A stretch of 64,000 nucleotides of DNA from Raillietiella orientalis (lineage: Eukaryota): contig JAYWIR010000058.1 in NCBI GenBank assembly GCA_036172245.1, forward strand, positions 558,001-622,000, given 5' to 3'. The position numbers and the translations under genes are program-made. Position 1 is the first letter of the stretch; each line of letters starts with the position of its first letter. Under the pieces are notes generated by a model. It did not search any database. It was not told the origin of the DNA and saw only the letters and a program-made list of their open reading frames with translations. Shown here in pieces: positions 35,901-49,480 of this stretch.

Positions 35901-36329
35901 GATTTGCTTCCGCATTTTGGAGTCCGCAGAATGAGATTTACATGAGTACCTCCCAGTTTCCTTTCTCTTGCTTGAGCTCGATACCGAAGGTGAAAGAAGG
36001 TGGACTCCTGAAACGCAACTACCTCGTCCTTTTTGAATACAACGGTCAGGAGACGCTGCCCTCCCTCTCTGCGCCTGAGTCCTTTTTCCTTTCTCTTCCT
36101 TCACCCCTTCTCCTAGGAAATACAGTCACTACCGAGCGCTTTGTGCTCTTTCCGGGTCCGGAAACGAGGCCGAGGCAGGAGCAGAAAGGAGGGCAGAGGA
36201 GGCAGCTATGGAGGAAAATCTGCCCCGAGAGCCAGACCCGATTCCTTCCATCTCATCCTGTTTCGGGGGAAGGGAGGTGAAAGACGCCTAGAGGAGGTAG
36301 GTTCCTGCACTCAGACCTCCAGAGATCCT

Positions 36330-36880
36330 ATGGGAGTGCCTGTGTGAGGCAGTGAGGGCGCCGCCGCCGGCACCGCCGCCTTGCTTCTGCATAACAAGTC
36401 GGTCGCCTGAGGTGTTCGCTCGGACACGGGAGCTGAGAGGATCCCGGGGTCGCTGGGAGCGAAGCCCTCTTTCCGCTTGCGCGATCAACCAGATATACTC
36501 TTCGGTACTTCCCCAAAGGCTTCCAAAATGTACTCGTGCCTTCCGCGAGGAGATTTCCTCCCCACCCTACGAAAAGTTTGGAGGGGAACGAGCTATTCAG
36601 CGCATTCCGACACACATGATGCACCACTTCAGGATTGTCACTCGTTACACGGAGAGCGGGGCTCTGCAGACACTTGTCAAAGGGAACCAGAAGCTCTTCT
36701 TCTATCCTCATTCCTTTTCTTCCCCCCACTGGACGGGCAAGGAGCGTTTCTTCCAACAGCGCCACGCGATGTGTAGCGGCGAAGAACTTCATTGCTGCTC
36801 GCCCTAACGTTTCCAGGGGCATCTGCGGGCAGTCTGTCAGCGCCCTGCTCGTGAGTCTTTCACCTTCCATCTTCATCATC
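36330..36880 (-). mobile_element. Decayed APE endonuclease fragment
   Basis: 'RVALLEET...VGWGGNL...TFWK...RVYLVD' follows the LQET / GGDFN / T..SRID order. Confidence 0.4.
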
Positions 36881-37799
36881 CCAGAAAATAGAGCAAGGTC
36901 TCTTCTTCCAGGACCTCACACAAAGACAGTTTGTTCTCCGTCGGCAGTATTCCGCTAAGGATGATAGCTTCCTCCAAAGGCACAAGAATTATATACTTCA
37001 CTCCTGGAGCTAAGTCTCTATGTACTCTCCTAGAATACCGCATATCCTAATGATCATGCCTAAACGGAGAGGCACAGTGGGTGTGGTGGGAGAGATAAGA
37101 GGTATCAGAGGAGTGATTCAGGAAATTTCCGTCATCCTCGACCACCCACTGAGGGAAAAAATCGGAAGACTCTCTTGTTTCCTCTTTCCTCTTTCATCTG
37201 AAGCGGAAAAGGGCAGCAGGAAGATCTTTCTCTCTTCTCTGCTTCGAGAGAGAAGAATGTCCTAGGAAAAAAAAGCTGGAAGTCCTCTTGTTCTGGAAAC
37301 AAGAGCACAGGAAACCAGGGAGAAAGGAAGGTGTGACGAGGCAACAGCTGATGATCCTGGACTCCCTGCTTACGCGGGATCACGACGGCCTCGGTACCTG
37401 ACCACCCCGAAGAGCTTTCTCCGAATCCGGGTCTTCCAGTTTCCCAGGCAGTGCTTCGGATCCTCGCAGAAAATGCTTTCTGACCTCTAAGGCGTGTGCG
37501 AGCAGCATCAGCAGTCTGCCCCGAATCTTCAAGGAAGCAATTTCTTTCCCTTTGGAGGAAGCTCCAGAGAACGTTCGCTCCTCTTAAGTAATTTTTGCTC
37601 TTTGATCCGAAACTCCGGATGGCAATCCCTCTCCCGGGGCTCACACCCGGCAGGGACGACATCTGTGTGGGCTCAAAGGATGAATGTCTCCTTCCATCCA
37701 TGTTTCCCATTCCAATTGGGGGAGAAGCAGAGGAAGCAAGTTTTTTTCCCCAATGAGGCACCGATGGAATCAGCGCATCCCTGTAGATAGAGATCGTCT

Positions 37800-38330
37800 T
37801 CTCTGGGACATGGAAGAACAGGTCGAAAGAACATTATATGGGAACATTAGGGCGCTTCAGCACCCTGTGGCTTCAGCACCACTTTGAAGAATGCGTTGTG
37901 CCGAGGTTTTCGGATGCAGAGATGGCAGTTCATTGTTGCGGCAGAGACACGGAATGGGTGGCATGGATAATAGTTTCATCTCCTGGAGACATCAGCCTCG
38001 GCAGACTCAAGATGGTTTGTCTCCTCGCATACAAAAGAGATAAAACGTGCTATGTGTTACTGTCACGGGTTGTTGGCAGTCAGAGGTGAGAACTGAGATC
38101 AATCTTTCAATCACTCTTCGGTAATTCCGTCCATTCCCAAAGCAAAAAAAATGTCAGATCGAATAGCCTGATTTCAAATCCGGGCAGCAAGTAAGTGAGG
38201 CCCCTGCTTGCGTCCCGCCCGACTGTGGCGGGCGCCAACTTCTCAGGAATAACACCTGGACTCGCCTGCCGCCGCCGAATCCGCGTGGCCTGTTGGAACG
38301 TCAACGGATTGCGCGACAACGCATAGGTTC
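37800..38330 (+). mobile_element. LINE ORF1/ORF2 junction remnant truncated just after the APE N-terminus
   Basis: 'RIRVACWNVNGLRDNA*' (WNVNGLR at 38294-38314) is a near-canonical APE start motif. Confidence 0.6.
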
Positions 38331-38680
38331 TGCCCTTCCCTACTTTTTTCTCTTCCCTGTTTTAGGAGGGAACAAACGAAAAGACCTACAAAGTAGTCCT
38401 TCCTCCCAACTCCAAAATGCATCCCTACCAATCGGGTCGCTCTATTGAAAGCACTGCAGTGACTAACAAAAAGGATAGCCTGGCTTCATGTTCACCTAAT
38501 TTCTGTCTGAATGGAAATTTGTCATTCTCTGAATTTCACGCCTCTCCATCACCGTTTCATGCAGTCTCCAAATCACTCCTCACGGCTCATGTCTAACCAA
38601 TGCACTTGGGAAAAAAAAAAAAAAACTCTTTCCGTTAAACTTTTTCCCTCTCATGAAATTTCAGGATACATGGCTTAGAG

Positions 38681-38974
38681 CAGCATTTCTCAAACTATGT
38701 TCAGAGAAATACCAGTGTTCTGCGGAAAGTCAATAAGTATTCCTTGAAAAATTATGAAAATTAATATAATTTAAATGCTATTTTACTATTTCATGTTTGG
38801 TTTTACATAATTAAAATATTGAGAATAAATGTGTGTTTTGTTTTTCTTAATTTGCATATTTACTTAATTTATGTATTATTAATATCTACATACCCTATAA
38901 AACAACCAAAGTATTCCATTAAAATTTCAGGATTTGTGAAGTGTTCAGTCACAGGAAAAGTTTGGGAAACGTTG
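38681..38974. mobile_element. 294-bp non-autonomous hAT (Charlie/Buster-like) MITE
   Basis: TIRs CAGCATTTCTCAAACT and AGTTTGGGAAACGTTG (13/16 match). Perfect 8-bp target-site duplication GCTTAGAG (38673-38680 and 38975-38982) with central TA. AT-rich non-coding interior. Confidence 0.88.
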
Positions 38975-40360
38975 GCTTAGAGGATTGCTTCCTGGCACCC
39001 AAAAAATGTAAGAAAAACTGTTGAATTCTGGGTAGTTGCTTTTGATTAGTGGTTTTTTACATTTTTTATTAGCGACATGGCTTTGACCCCCTACTGTTCC
39101 ATAAATGTTCTCCTTGCTTACTTCCGGAGTTCCCTAGCGACGCTCGGGAGCAGATACTTTAAGCAAATTATTGGAACCATGATAAATTCACCACATTTCT
39201 CATTTTTTATTTGAGTCGCATCCTTTTGACTTAAACAATGTAACGATTTCAGTTGCAAAATACATAGCCAGGTGCACATTATATAGTTAGAAGCAAGTCA
39301 TACAGTCAGATGCATTTAGCAAAAGTCTAGGAGTAAATGCCGGTACTTGGCAAACATTTTTTCAATTGAAGGCAGAGAAAGTAGATCCCTTACTTGAGTT
39401 AGCAAGAAGAGGATCACACACGCCGAGCAATTCAGGTTTTGGAAAGTTAGGGTGGTAATATGAGGGGACTGGAACTCTACAGCCACTATGCAAGGATAAT
39501 GCGATCACGAATTGCTCAACAGCAAATAAGTGGGATGAGTATCACAAACGAGGACATTTCATTGTAATTATTCTTTTCAGCTGAGCTTCACCTTAAAAGG
39601 AAAGGTTTTCCTTCCTCATTTCGTCTCGAAGGTTGCAGTGCTTTATTCGCTGCTCCCAAGCAACACAGGAGAAAACGCTGGTCTTCAGATGACTTAGACA
39701 AGATTGCAGAATAAGGCAACAATCGATGATTTTAAAAGTTCATGATTGCTGTGCTAAAGTCTCTCCCTCCTTTCGCCTTTAAAAAATAAAGAAGTTTACT
39801 TATGAATGTTTTGAAGATCTCCAGTCCTATATTTCACTTCACGCTATATCCTCCCATGTTTCGTCAACTACAGACCGGCTGGCAAATGATTCTCCTGAAG
39901 CTTGTCTACCACAGAATCTCAACAAATCCGTTTTGTTTTTTGAAAAACAGAACAAAATTTCTAGCCAATTCAATTATTTTTTTCCCTGCTACACGCGTTC
40001 ACAGATAAGCTTTCCCTTCAGTGTCTGCTTATTGTTAAAATAACAGGTATAAAAAAGAATATAGCGGAGGAATGCCATGTGAAGTTTTAGCAACGTAATG
40101 AAAACAAAACATCTTTCGTTTTCTTCATGTGTCTCATGGAGAACGATGTGCTTAGTTGTAAAAACGCAAACACCCGTGCGTTTAAGTAGTAGAAAGGAAA
40201 GTTTCTTTTCCTGTTTCATGTTGCAACTATTATTTTTTGGATTCCTCTTATCTGAAAAATCATCTATGGATTGCAATTTTAAGGCAACTAACGCAAGGGT
40301 CATCCAGTCAAAGTAAGAGAAATTTGAAAGAGTCTCTTGGCAGCGCTCCCAGCACACGAA

Positions 40361-40394
40361 TGCGTCACATTAGGATTGTACCTAATGTGACGCA
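40361..40394. repeat. Perfect 14-bp hairpin with 6-nt loop
   Basis: TGCGTCACATTAGG-attgta-CCTAATGTGACGCA. Confidence 0.92.
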
Positions 40395-43300
40395 GAGATG
40401 ATTTTCAATATCTTGAGTGCATTTGAGTTTTCAGTGAAGAAATTTTTGCTTCTCTCGACTTTTTCTAGTTGGCGATCCACTTTTGCATTTTCTCCGAGAA
40501 CACCCTGCGTTCAGAATGCTCCTCAGTGTTTGCTAATTTCGCAATCTAATTTGCAAATAATACTTCTGCTTGAAATAGAAAGTTCACTAATCAAGATGAG
40601 AAGAGAGCCTAGTCGATTGGAGGGAGGGAGAGGAGGGGGGGGGGACATTGTAATTTGTCAACATAGATTGTACGTAGCAAAGGAAAGAAAGAAAAAAATC
40701 TAATAAATGAATGCCTTACAGTGCTCGTTTTCGCTTTATGCACTCCCCGAGAATCTTACACGTTCCAGCTTTCTGTTTCCGCGGTCACTTCGCAAGCGAA
40801 ATTAACTTTCCGAAGCCGTTCTTAGGGCGAACAGGTTGTGCATGTGCATGTCCAGTTTTGCGAAACGCCACCTGTTCTGGATCCGCGTATTTCGCTTTGG
40901 ATTCGCGTAGAGCACAGTTTCGTTACGCCCCGCGACTGAATAATCGACTGCTACGGGTTTATAAATAAACTTCAGCCATTCCGCAACAATTTCCATCGTT
41001 TCATCGCTACGGAAACTACTCATCAAACTGCTCATTTATTTTTAAATCTACTTTCCTTTGAATCTCTGCCTTGTTCACAGAGCAACACAAATGCTGCTTT
41101 ATCTTTGTTTTGACTGGAACGAATTGCACACTTCTTGCTATTGGCATTTATTTAAAAATATTATCCGTTTGTTGCGAATTTTTATTTTTTTCAAAAAAAA
41201 TACGCTTTTCTACATACATTATAAATCTGCAGCGAAAGGAAGTTCCCATGTTTCTCATGCTGTATAGAAAACAATTTAAGAGCTACGTATTCGTGCATCG
41301 CTGTGTAATCCGTTTGCTGATGACTGTTGATAGCCATGAAAGTTGGGTAGAGTTCTTCGATTCTCGATTTCTCCGATCAGTTCGATAAGAAAGCGGGTCG
41401 TAAAAAAGCGCTCTGAGTTTCTTCATCAAACCTACGAACGTTTTCCATCAGCATCGAGGCACTTCCCGTGACTGTGTTTTGAGATGAGAAATGCCCGCGT
41501 CTGAAAGGACAGGTTCTGCACACAGAGTGCATTCGTGTAAAAGGTGTATGATCAGAACATGCTCAGAGAGTGAAAAGCTGATGAATTAATCAAAATCAGC
41601 AAGCATTTGCAATTTTATTTATCCCAGTAGGAAAGAGGCAAAAAGCACATGGAATTTCTATGGGATAATCGATGAAGGATACGCAAGGATCTTGCAAAGA
41701 TCGGATTTTGGATTCGTTCCTTAATCCTCGTGAAATCATTGGGCTTGCAAGTGTGTCTGCTCTGACGAACTTTTGGGCATGCGGGGACAAAGTTTATCGA
41801 AACGTAGGGTTCGATAGTGTCCATTCGTGGGTGCGTTCGGGATGGATATGCTTCCATTGCATGGCATTCGTTCGTCGAAATGCGAAAGCGCACTGCGTAA
41901 CACATCTCGCGTGCGAGCGCGTTTGTCCAGAGGACGAGCGAACATGATGGCAGCATAGAATTTCGAGTCCTAGTGACATCTCTGAGCGACTGCAGAGGAT
42001 CGGCTAGACTTTGGTCCTATCATCCAAGCGCAATGTCTCCTCTCCTCCCATTGCATGTAAGGGGACGACTGGCGCTCCAAGATTTGCAGTTCGTGTCGCG
42101 TTATCCTCTAACCTTTGGGGTTCCTTCTTTTTCGGTCTCTTTTCATCTCCTGAAATGGAAGCGAGATTCTGGATGACTTCTTCCCGTGCCTGTCGAGAGA
42201 GTAGGGTAGGCTGGATCTCACCTGGACAGAATGAATAGTTTTTCTTTTTTCTTTTAGTTCTGCTGCTTCCTTGCATTTGGAAGAAGGAACACTAAACAAG
42301 GAGGCGATGAGGAGAGAGTGATTCCAGTAAGACGCTCATCACGAGTATCCATAGGAAGCTGGTGGGAGTGAAACTCACGAAATGGCCTCGAACGGGGGGG
42401 AAGAATGCGCCCTTGACCTGGAGACATGAGGATTCATGACGGGAGAATGGGGAGTAGGGATGAAAGGGCAACTCTCAGAATAAGCAGATGCTGCCAGTGG
42501 ACGAGTCGGGGAATGAGTCGAAGAGAGGGAACGAGACGGATCTATGGGTTCGAAGTACTCCCCTTCTCTTTCGTTCCCGTTCGTCAGCCGCCAGCTTACT
42601 TCCCTGGGATTTCGAGGACACCTCGGAAAGAAGATCCTCTGAGTCCCAGCACGAGTGTGATCAAGGGGATATGGGGATGGGAACGAGAGAGAAGAAGCGA
42701 TGGCTTCTTGGGGAGGCCGACTAGGAAAAATCCGTGCAAGGAACCCTTTCACGAGAGGATGAAGAGAAGCAGCTGGAAGCAGCGGGCGCTCATTCTGCCA
42801 ATTCTGCGGCTCCATTCTCGGCTTCCTAGCCTGGACGGGAGGCAGGCGTTTGTTCCTTAGGAAGGTCCTGTCCGATGGCCTACGGCCCGAAAGGAACGGA
42901 TGAAGGAAGGAGGGGCACGGTTCCTGTACTCCCTCAGACACACACAGAGAACTCTACACAACATGGATCTACTCCTGTCCCTGGAGGGTCTCTCTGGATG
43001 TTCCTATAAAAGAGTTCAAGGATGGAGAGGTAGAGAATCTCTTCCTCTCCCTGATTATTCCCTTTGAGGATTTTTCATTGCAGGAAAAGCAATAGGGTTG
43101 GAAGCAAAAGGGGAGAGACCGAGAGGGACTTCCTCCTCTTCAGCGACATTCTAGGGGCATATACTCTTCCGGAAGTACTCTGATCCTGAGAAAAATTCCC
43201 TGAGACCCTCTGTGTGATCTTGACTTTCCTCTCTCCTCTTTTCCTTTCAGCTTTTTTCTTTCAAGGACTTCCCTGGCAAGGAAAGTTATCCGGGAACTCC

Positions 43301-43699
43301 TCCCTTTGAACTGGTCGCTCGCTTCCTGAAGATGTCTTTGGCAAGGAAGACTCTGAGTCCCCATGTGGAGCTCACCCCTCTCCCCTAACCCTTGCGCTCT
43401 TCCTATTCTTATCCTCTTGCAATGCACCGTGAGGTATCAGCCTCCTGGTCGGACAGCAGGGAAGACACTTGCAGTGTAGCTCGTACCTCTTCTTCCCCCT
43501 CCCCTGCTCCCCTTCCCATCCACAGCCCAATAAACCCCTCTGACCCTGGGGAAAGTCTCTCCCGGAAGTCATCTTTTCCGAGAGAGACTTTGGGAGTGAT
43601 GTCTCTATCTGGGAAACTCACAGGCTCCGGCTGCCCTGTGCATAGGAGGAGAGTAAGACGTGCGCGGGAGCTTCCAAACTCCTAGAAGAATTGCTCCAG

Positions 43700-44820
43700 A
43701 CGGCGACGCTCACACCTTCGGGGGTATGAAGGATGCAGAAGAGGGAAAGGGATCTACACCCAGGATTCCGAGAGAGGAGGCCTTCCTCCGGAACGCCGAC
43801 CCAACAGATGGCACCTTAGCGACTGATGACAGCTGAGGAGTCAGGAGAAGAGATCGGAATATCGGAGGCGCCGTAGGCGATCCTGGACAGGATTCGAGGC
43901 TGCAAGCGACATATGCATCCTCGGAATCCCTCAAGGAGACGAGTCAGGAGGGAGCAGGCATGGAGCGATACGTGGAAATTGCCTCGTAGGTCTCTTGGGG
44001 ATGACTCAGGGCGTTTCTAAGGATGAAAAAGGGGGTGGGGTGGGCAGCATATGGTGGATGGATACTGTGGTAAAGAGCACCTTGACCCTGGTGAGTCCAG
44101 ATGCGGGCGGGGGTTACACCTGCAAACAGGGGAAGCAACGGAGAAACCGCCAGAGAACCAGGGAGGCATAACATGTTGCTGAGGAAGAACGCGGGAATCC
44201 TGGAAGAGTACCGTGACTCTCATAGACTCTCCCAGCCCTACCGCACCCTCTCTAAGGAGGTCTTTGTCCTGTAGTCGCAGTTTCCACGCCTGCACAGATA
44301 GCGGTGGCTCCCTCTTTCTTGGCCACTTGAAGTGCTCAACAAACAATTCCGGAAACATGAGTTTCCGCCTTGAGTTAGATTAGGGTTTTCTTTTCGAAGA
44401 GCGAAAACCGGGATTCAAGTCGCCTTCGACTGACTTCGAGCGGCATCAAGCACGATGTCGGAGGGCATGAAGAGGACCGGATGTGCTGTCCCCAAAGTGT
44501 GAGCAAGAAAAAAACATGTGCTCCCCTTCTCTCTCTCCCCCCCTCCGTGTTTGGGAAGCGCTGGTTCAAGAGCGTGCGGAGGCCAATTCTCCCGTTTTCT
44601 TCTCTAGATGCTTTCCCTGAAGGCTCCAAACCAGTTCCAAAGTCTGAGGTCTTTCTCTGGGGATGCAGCGAGTCGATAGCAGATACTGAACTGCAGTCCA
44701 CCGCCTACAAGAGAGTCCGAAAATGACTCCACTGGAGCGTCTGCAACAGGCGAAGCAACTGGCTGGCTTTCTTCCCGTTAGCTGAACTCCAGAGAAGGAC
44801 CTATCCGAGGAGGGCACTTC
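43700..44820 (-). mobile_element. Decayed LINE, late RT to C-terminus
   Basis: 'RSSGV', 'LLTLWGQ' and 'FKWPRK...VQAWKLRL...EGAVGLG' resemble the SG..N, LSxxGR and FxW...GGLG motifs of L1/Tx1 ORF2, in order. Confidence 0.5.
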
Positions 44821-45479
44821 CTAGTCAAAAGAATCGCTTCTCGGCTTCTGGATAAGATCGCATTGCAATCATTCAGTGGCTGTTTTCTTTTTTTTTTTTG
44901 TTCTCTTTCTTGAACGTCTCACCATCTTTAGAGATCTCCTGCCACCATCCTTGAAGTTGGTGTATCGTGAATCTCCGGCGAAACCTTGGTGTCGAAGTGA
45001 GCACCTCCAGTTTCGAAAAGGTTTCGGAACTCACGAAGAAGGGAAAAAACGACAGAGCGATAGGGAGGAAGAGAAAAAACAAATTTTCTCTTCCTTGAAC
45101 GAGAGAGAGAAATCCGGCAGCGGCGCTCCTCTTCTGTTCCTCCCTCCAGCTCTTGGCAGGCAAGTGGCGGTGCCCTTTGCTTGTTCTGGAAACATTCCCT
45201 CTACCGTGGTCATCCCAAGAGGTTTCGAGATTGGCAAGAAATGAACTCTGACTTTCCCTCTTCCTACCTACTCACGAAACAAATGGTGCCCACTGAGAAT
45301 CGTGCCATGTTTAGGATGAAAACGAACTTACTTTTATGAGATAAACAGCCTATCTTTCGTGTTTGCCCACTCTCCTAGCAATTTTCGTACGGCACGCAAA
45401 GATCTTTGTTGTGGCACCGCGAATCCCTCTGAGCGAGGCAAAATGCCGATTCCCATGCGTTTCATGTAATCCTTCACAC

Positions 45480-45790
45480 AACTCATTCCGCAATGTTTGC
45501 TTGAGGGAAGGTGGCAATGACGATGTCACTCGAAAAGAGATGCTTAGCAAGGGGTGTCAGACGATGAGAAAAAAAATCCTGATGAGTGATTGCGGTACCA
45601 GACAGGTATCTGGTAGCCACTCAAAACAGGACTGGACGAATCGCCATCAAAATCGAACGGATCTGGCTGCTGAAGCGTGTCTCAACAATCAGGCAGAAGA
45701 GTCAAGGCAACGCTTGTTCGAACTCCTAAAATAGCTAGGATTCGTTGCCATGGATACTTTTTCTGGAAAAAACAAAAAAAAAACAAAAAA
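45480..45790 (+). mobile_element. RTE-like endonuclease fragment, related to 47650-48800
   Basis: 'RQRLFELLK*LGFVAMDTF'. 45734-45772 matches 47982-48020 at 36/39 nt. Confidence 0.45.
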
Positions 45791-47300
45791 AAAATTGCTC
45801 ATTTTGCTGCATGCATTACTTCAGTACATTGTGAATAAATACCTGCTGAATTACAAAAACTCGCTTTTAGACGTGACGCTACTGGTCATTTTCCACGTTA
45901 AAAAAAAAAATAATGACATTGTTTTCTGAATGTTTTTGCTTTCATTATTTTTATATAAAAAGAACGAGCACGACTCTCTACAGTGTATAAGGATTCTTCG
46001 AAAGGTAGCTTCAGTGGAGAAGAAAGGGAAGGCGTGTTTATTGAGACTGCACGCTAAACATTACACAAGCAGCAGGTATTCATTCCAAACACTGAAAATC
46101 TCCAGTTAGGAAGGAAGAAACATTTGCAAATTATTTCAGTTGACATAATCAATTGATATAAACCACAAACTGGAGCAGGCAATGCCTGCCCCGAATTCCA
46201 GATCAGAGCTCTAAGACAAAAGATATGCACATATTTTTTTTTCCTCCTGATCACCTTCCATTTATTCTGCCGCTATTTGACGGAATTCCAAACGCAGAAC
46301 TGCAGATTCAAATTAAAAAAGAAAAGTTCACTCAAAGGCCGCAGAAAGAGGTACTTTCATGTCTTTCTTTTAAGGAACTCTGCCCACGTTAAGGTTCTGA
46401 TCTGGATGAGATCCGATTTCAAGAAGAAAAAAAGGAAGACTGGAAAATGCAGAGGAAGGGAAGTCAAAAGTCACTTGTAAAATTTCTACGGGAAGCTCCG
46501 TTGTGTGGAACCCGCTGACACGGAGATGTTCTCAAAGCTCAATGCGTTGATGGCTGCTACACAGAGATACCACAACCTGATGGACAACTTCTTTTAGCAC
46601 AATGGAAGAGCATAGATTCCAAAAACAAAAAACAGAAAAACAAAAGCAAAAAAAGGAGGGCATTACCAGAAATTTTGTGAATTGGTGCAATTTTGAAAAT
46701 CTCACCTCGGCTGGAGTAGGGAAGAAATTCGAAATTTGCTTGATGGGTTTCATGGTTTGCAAATGGCGAAAAAAGTGCACCATTTGTTATCCATGTAATC
46801 GTTTATTTAAAATACTAAGCTGACCATGAGAATTTTCAGATAAAAATCCAGTCAACCTTCTTTCTCCATATCCAGTAATTTACACATAAGAGATGAAAAA
46901 AAAATCCTCTTCGATGCATATCTCCTTTCCAAGGTCAACCCAGAAACTGAGAAAAACATATACGAGATTTTGAGATGCAAAAACTTCCCCGTCATCTTCA
47001 AGAGGTGTCTGAGCGAGTTTTTTTTTCAAATAGCATGCAGAAAACAATATAATTGTCAGAAATTGAGGATCAGAGCTGCAACTTTTATTGGATTCCCCTT
47101 TGCAAGAATATGAGTTTTCCAAACCGAGAGAGATGCTGGAGCTCAGTCAGTTCCTCTCCTTTCAAAAAACATTGTTCTTGAAACAATATGAACAAGATCT
47201 GTATCCGCTCTTCCCAAGGATAAGTGCATTTCACTAAACCTTCAAAATACACACATTTTCTGTCTCAAAGTACTCGCGATCTCTACACGGACGAGACTTC

Positions 47301-47333
47301 CATCTAAAGCATGTCAAAGACATGCTTTAGATG
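47301..47333. repeat. Perfect 15-bp hairpin with 3-nt loop
   Basis: CATCTAAAGCATGTC-aaa-GACATGCTTTAGATG. Confidence 0.92.
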
Positions 47334-47649
47334 CGGTGCATGACCGAAACCAGGAATTCGGTTCCTCCTTACTATTATCCTTTACTCTTGCGTGAAGAAA
47401 GCAAGCAAAATGGATGATCAGATCCAAGTCGGGAGTCCCGATTTTACGTTGCAAAGTACCAAACATTAAACATTTCCTGCTGGGGTTCGATGGAACGAGA
47501 GATGGCCACTAGGGAGCGCCATCCAAAATCGCTCGCAGTCACACGATGCGATGGAGGAGGGAGGAATATGGAGCCCAGGAACTTTGGAGAGAGAAAATGC
47601 TGGGATACACACAGGCAAGAGGAACAGGCTTTTTTCAATCAGGAGTCCT

Positions 47650-48800
47650 CTATGCGCGCGCGCTTCGACATTGTTGTCGAGTGTTTGCTCTAGGGAGTCA
47701 TCGAACAATCGTTTCGATTTTTGAAAAGGGACCTGCGTTCGTGCGTGTTGCGACGCAAAGGGGCCAACGACCACCCTCCAAATCTCACTTTTCCTGCTGC
47801 CTCTGGGCGCAAGAGAGTTTTCTGTTCACGCGCTCAGAGAAACAGAACGCACATCACCCCATACCTCGGATCTGGATGCGAAAAGTAATGGAGCGGTTTG
47901 AAAGCGTCACAAATTGCTAGGAGCACATCGCAAAGCATCACTGTTTAATTGGAGGCCGAAGAACCGAACAGGAATCGGTAGGCTAGGATTCCTTGTCATG
48001 GATGCTTTTTCTGGAAAAAAAAACACACAAACACTTTCTCACTCTTACCGCTCGCGAAGAGAAAATTCTGCCAGCAGCAGACTAAGATCTTGGAAATTTC
48101 CTGGGTGGTTTCAATTTTCGGAAGCCAAACTTGATCAGAACTCTTCAAACTGTACCAGGAGAGGTCCTCCGAAAACATGCATCGGCGAGGGTGCCATGAG
48201 GCGGCGCAGGTGTGTATCCCTGGGAAACGAGGGTAACAATGCTCCTACAAGTGGATGTAAATCAAGAAGTTGCGAGGAACAGACATTGCAGAGAAAATAA
48301 AGTCCTTCCACGGAAACTTCTAAGAGATCCTTCGAGAATTTTCTAAGGAGAGTCACCTCTCCTCTTTCCTGCGAACAAAAGTCTCAGATTTTCCGCAGTC
48401 ATCGGCTCGCCCGGTTATCTTGAAAAGAGGCATAGCAGAACGCATCAGCTGAAGACCACATGGCATGATAAGGTGCATTCATCCTGTTCGTGAGGAGAAA
48501 GAGATGCAAGATGAAGAAGTCGTTCAGATTAGGGCAGCAAACGGAATGTCTTTGTGTTCTCGAGTCCTCGACAATTAGCGGGGATGAGCAAGCGTCGAGA
48601 TACTTCGCCGAGACAAAGTTGCGAGCAGGTGGAGGTCTCGATCCCGAAGCGACAAGCACGAAGGGCGTGGCATGCATCCCCAGGGAGTCAGCATCTGTGC
48701 TGCTCAGTAGCCAGCTTCCTCCCGGTGAATCCTTCCTGGGATCTACAGGCGAGATCTTGCTCCGCCAATCTCGTCGAACTCTTCGCATTGTCCCGACTGG
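47650..48800 (+). mobile_element. Decayed RTE-like ORF remnant
   Basis: 'LGFLVMDAFSGKK..T' followed by 'TKGVACIPRE' (KAxGxDxIPxE-like). Confidence 0.4.
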
Positions 48801-48899
48801 TTGTACCAGTTCCTCCCGGATCCCAAGTTCAACCACTTCTTCCCTGATTACGCGCACACACCGCGCTGCTTTCCCGCGTTCTCGGAACGGACTGCTTTT

Positions 48900-49480
48900 T
48901 GTCCTTTAGGTGGGGAAAGCTAAGGGAACGAAGATTATTTTCTGAAGTGCGAATCCGGGAGTAGGCAACACTAACAGTGGTTCTTTCCGGGATTGCCGTC
49001 CGCCTGCAATTTCTGGACGGTCTTCCGCTTCTCGGTATCATCGACCGATGAACGCGGGTGCCCCCCGAGTGGTGAAAGAACACCCTCAACACCTCACTGA
49101 GGAGAGTCCAGTGCGCCAGGTCAGTCCTTTCAGTGCTGGGCATACACTCTGACTCTGGATTCAGCATGGCAAACTGGCAAAATCCCCCAAGAAGTCCCGA
49201 GTCAAATCACGTCGGGATTCTCAAAGGAAGGATGCAAAGTGCAAGGGCTTGTTCCAGTCTTATTCGACCCCTCTCGAGTGCCTGACACCCGCCCCTGCCA
49301 GAGGGACTCAGCGATTGTCCGTGCTCCAGCCTCCTGGCATACGGAGACTCTTGCTCTCCGCACCGGGAGGGAAGAGCAGAAGGGTGAGATGGGAGAAGGG
49401 TTGAGAGGGAGAGACAAAAAGCAGGAAGAAGAAGGATGTCACGAAGACCCACGACACGGGGCACAGATGCGGGCTCGGAG
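48900..49480 (-). mobile_element. Decayed APE endonuclease fragment
   Basis: 'VVGLRD', 'EQES', 'LLGG', 'DLAHW' in APE order on the minus strand. Confidence 0.35.

Noticed and set aside
40800..41980. Several 70-110 aa ORFs in non-TE sequence
   Set aside because: No recognisable family or consistent splice structure. An unrecognised exon cannot be excluded.
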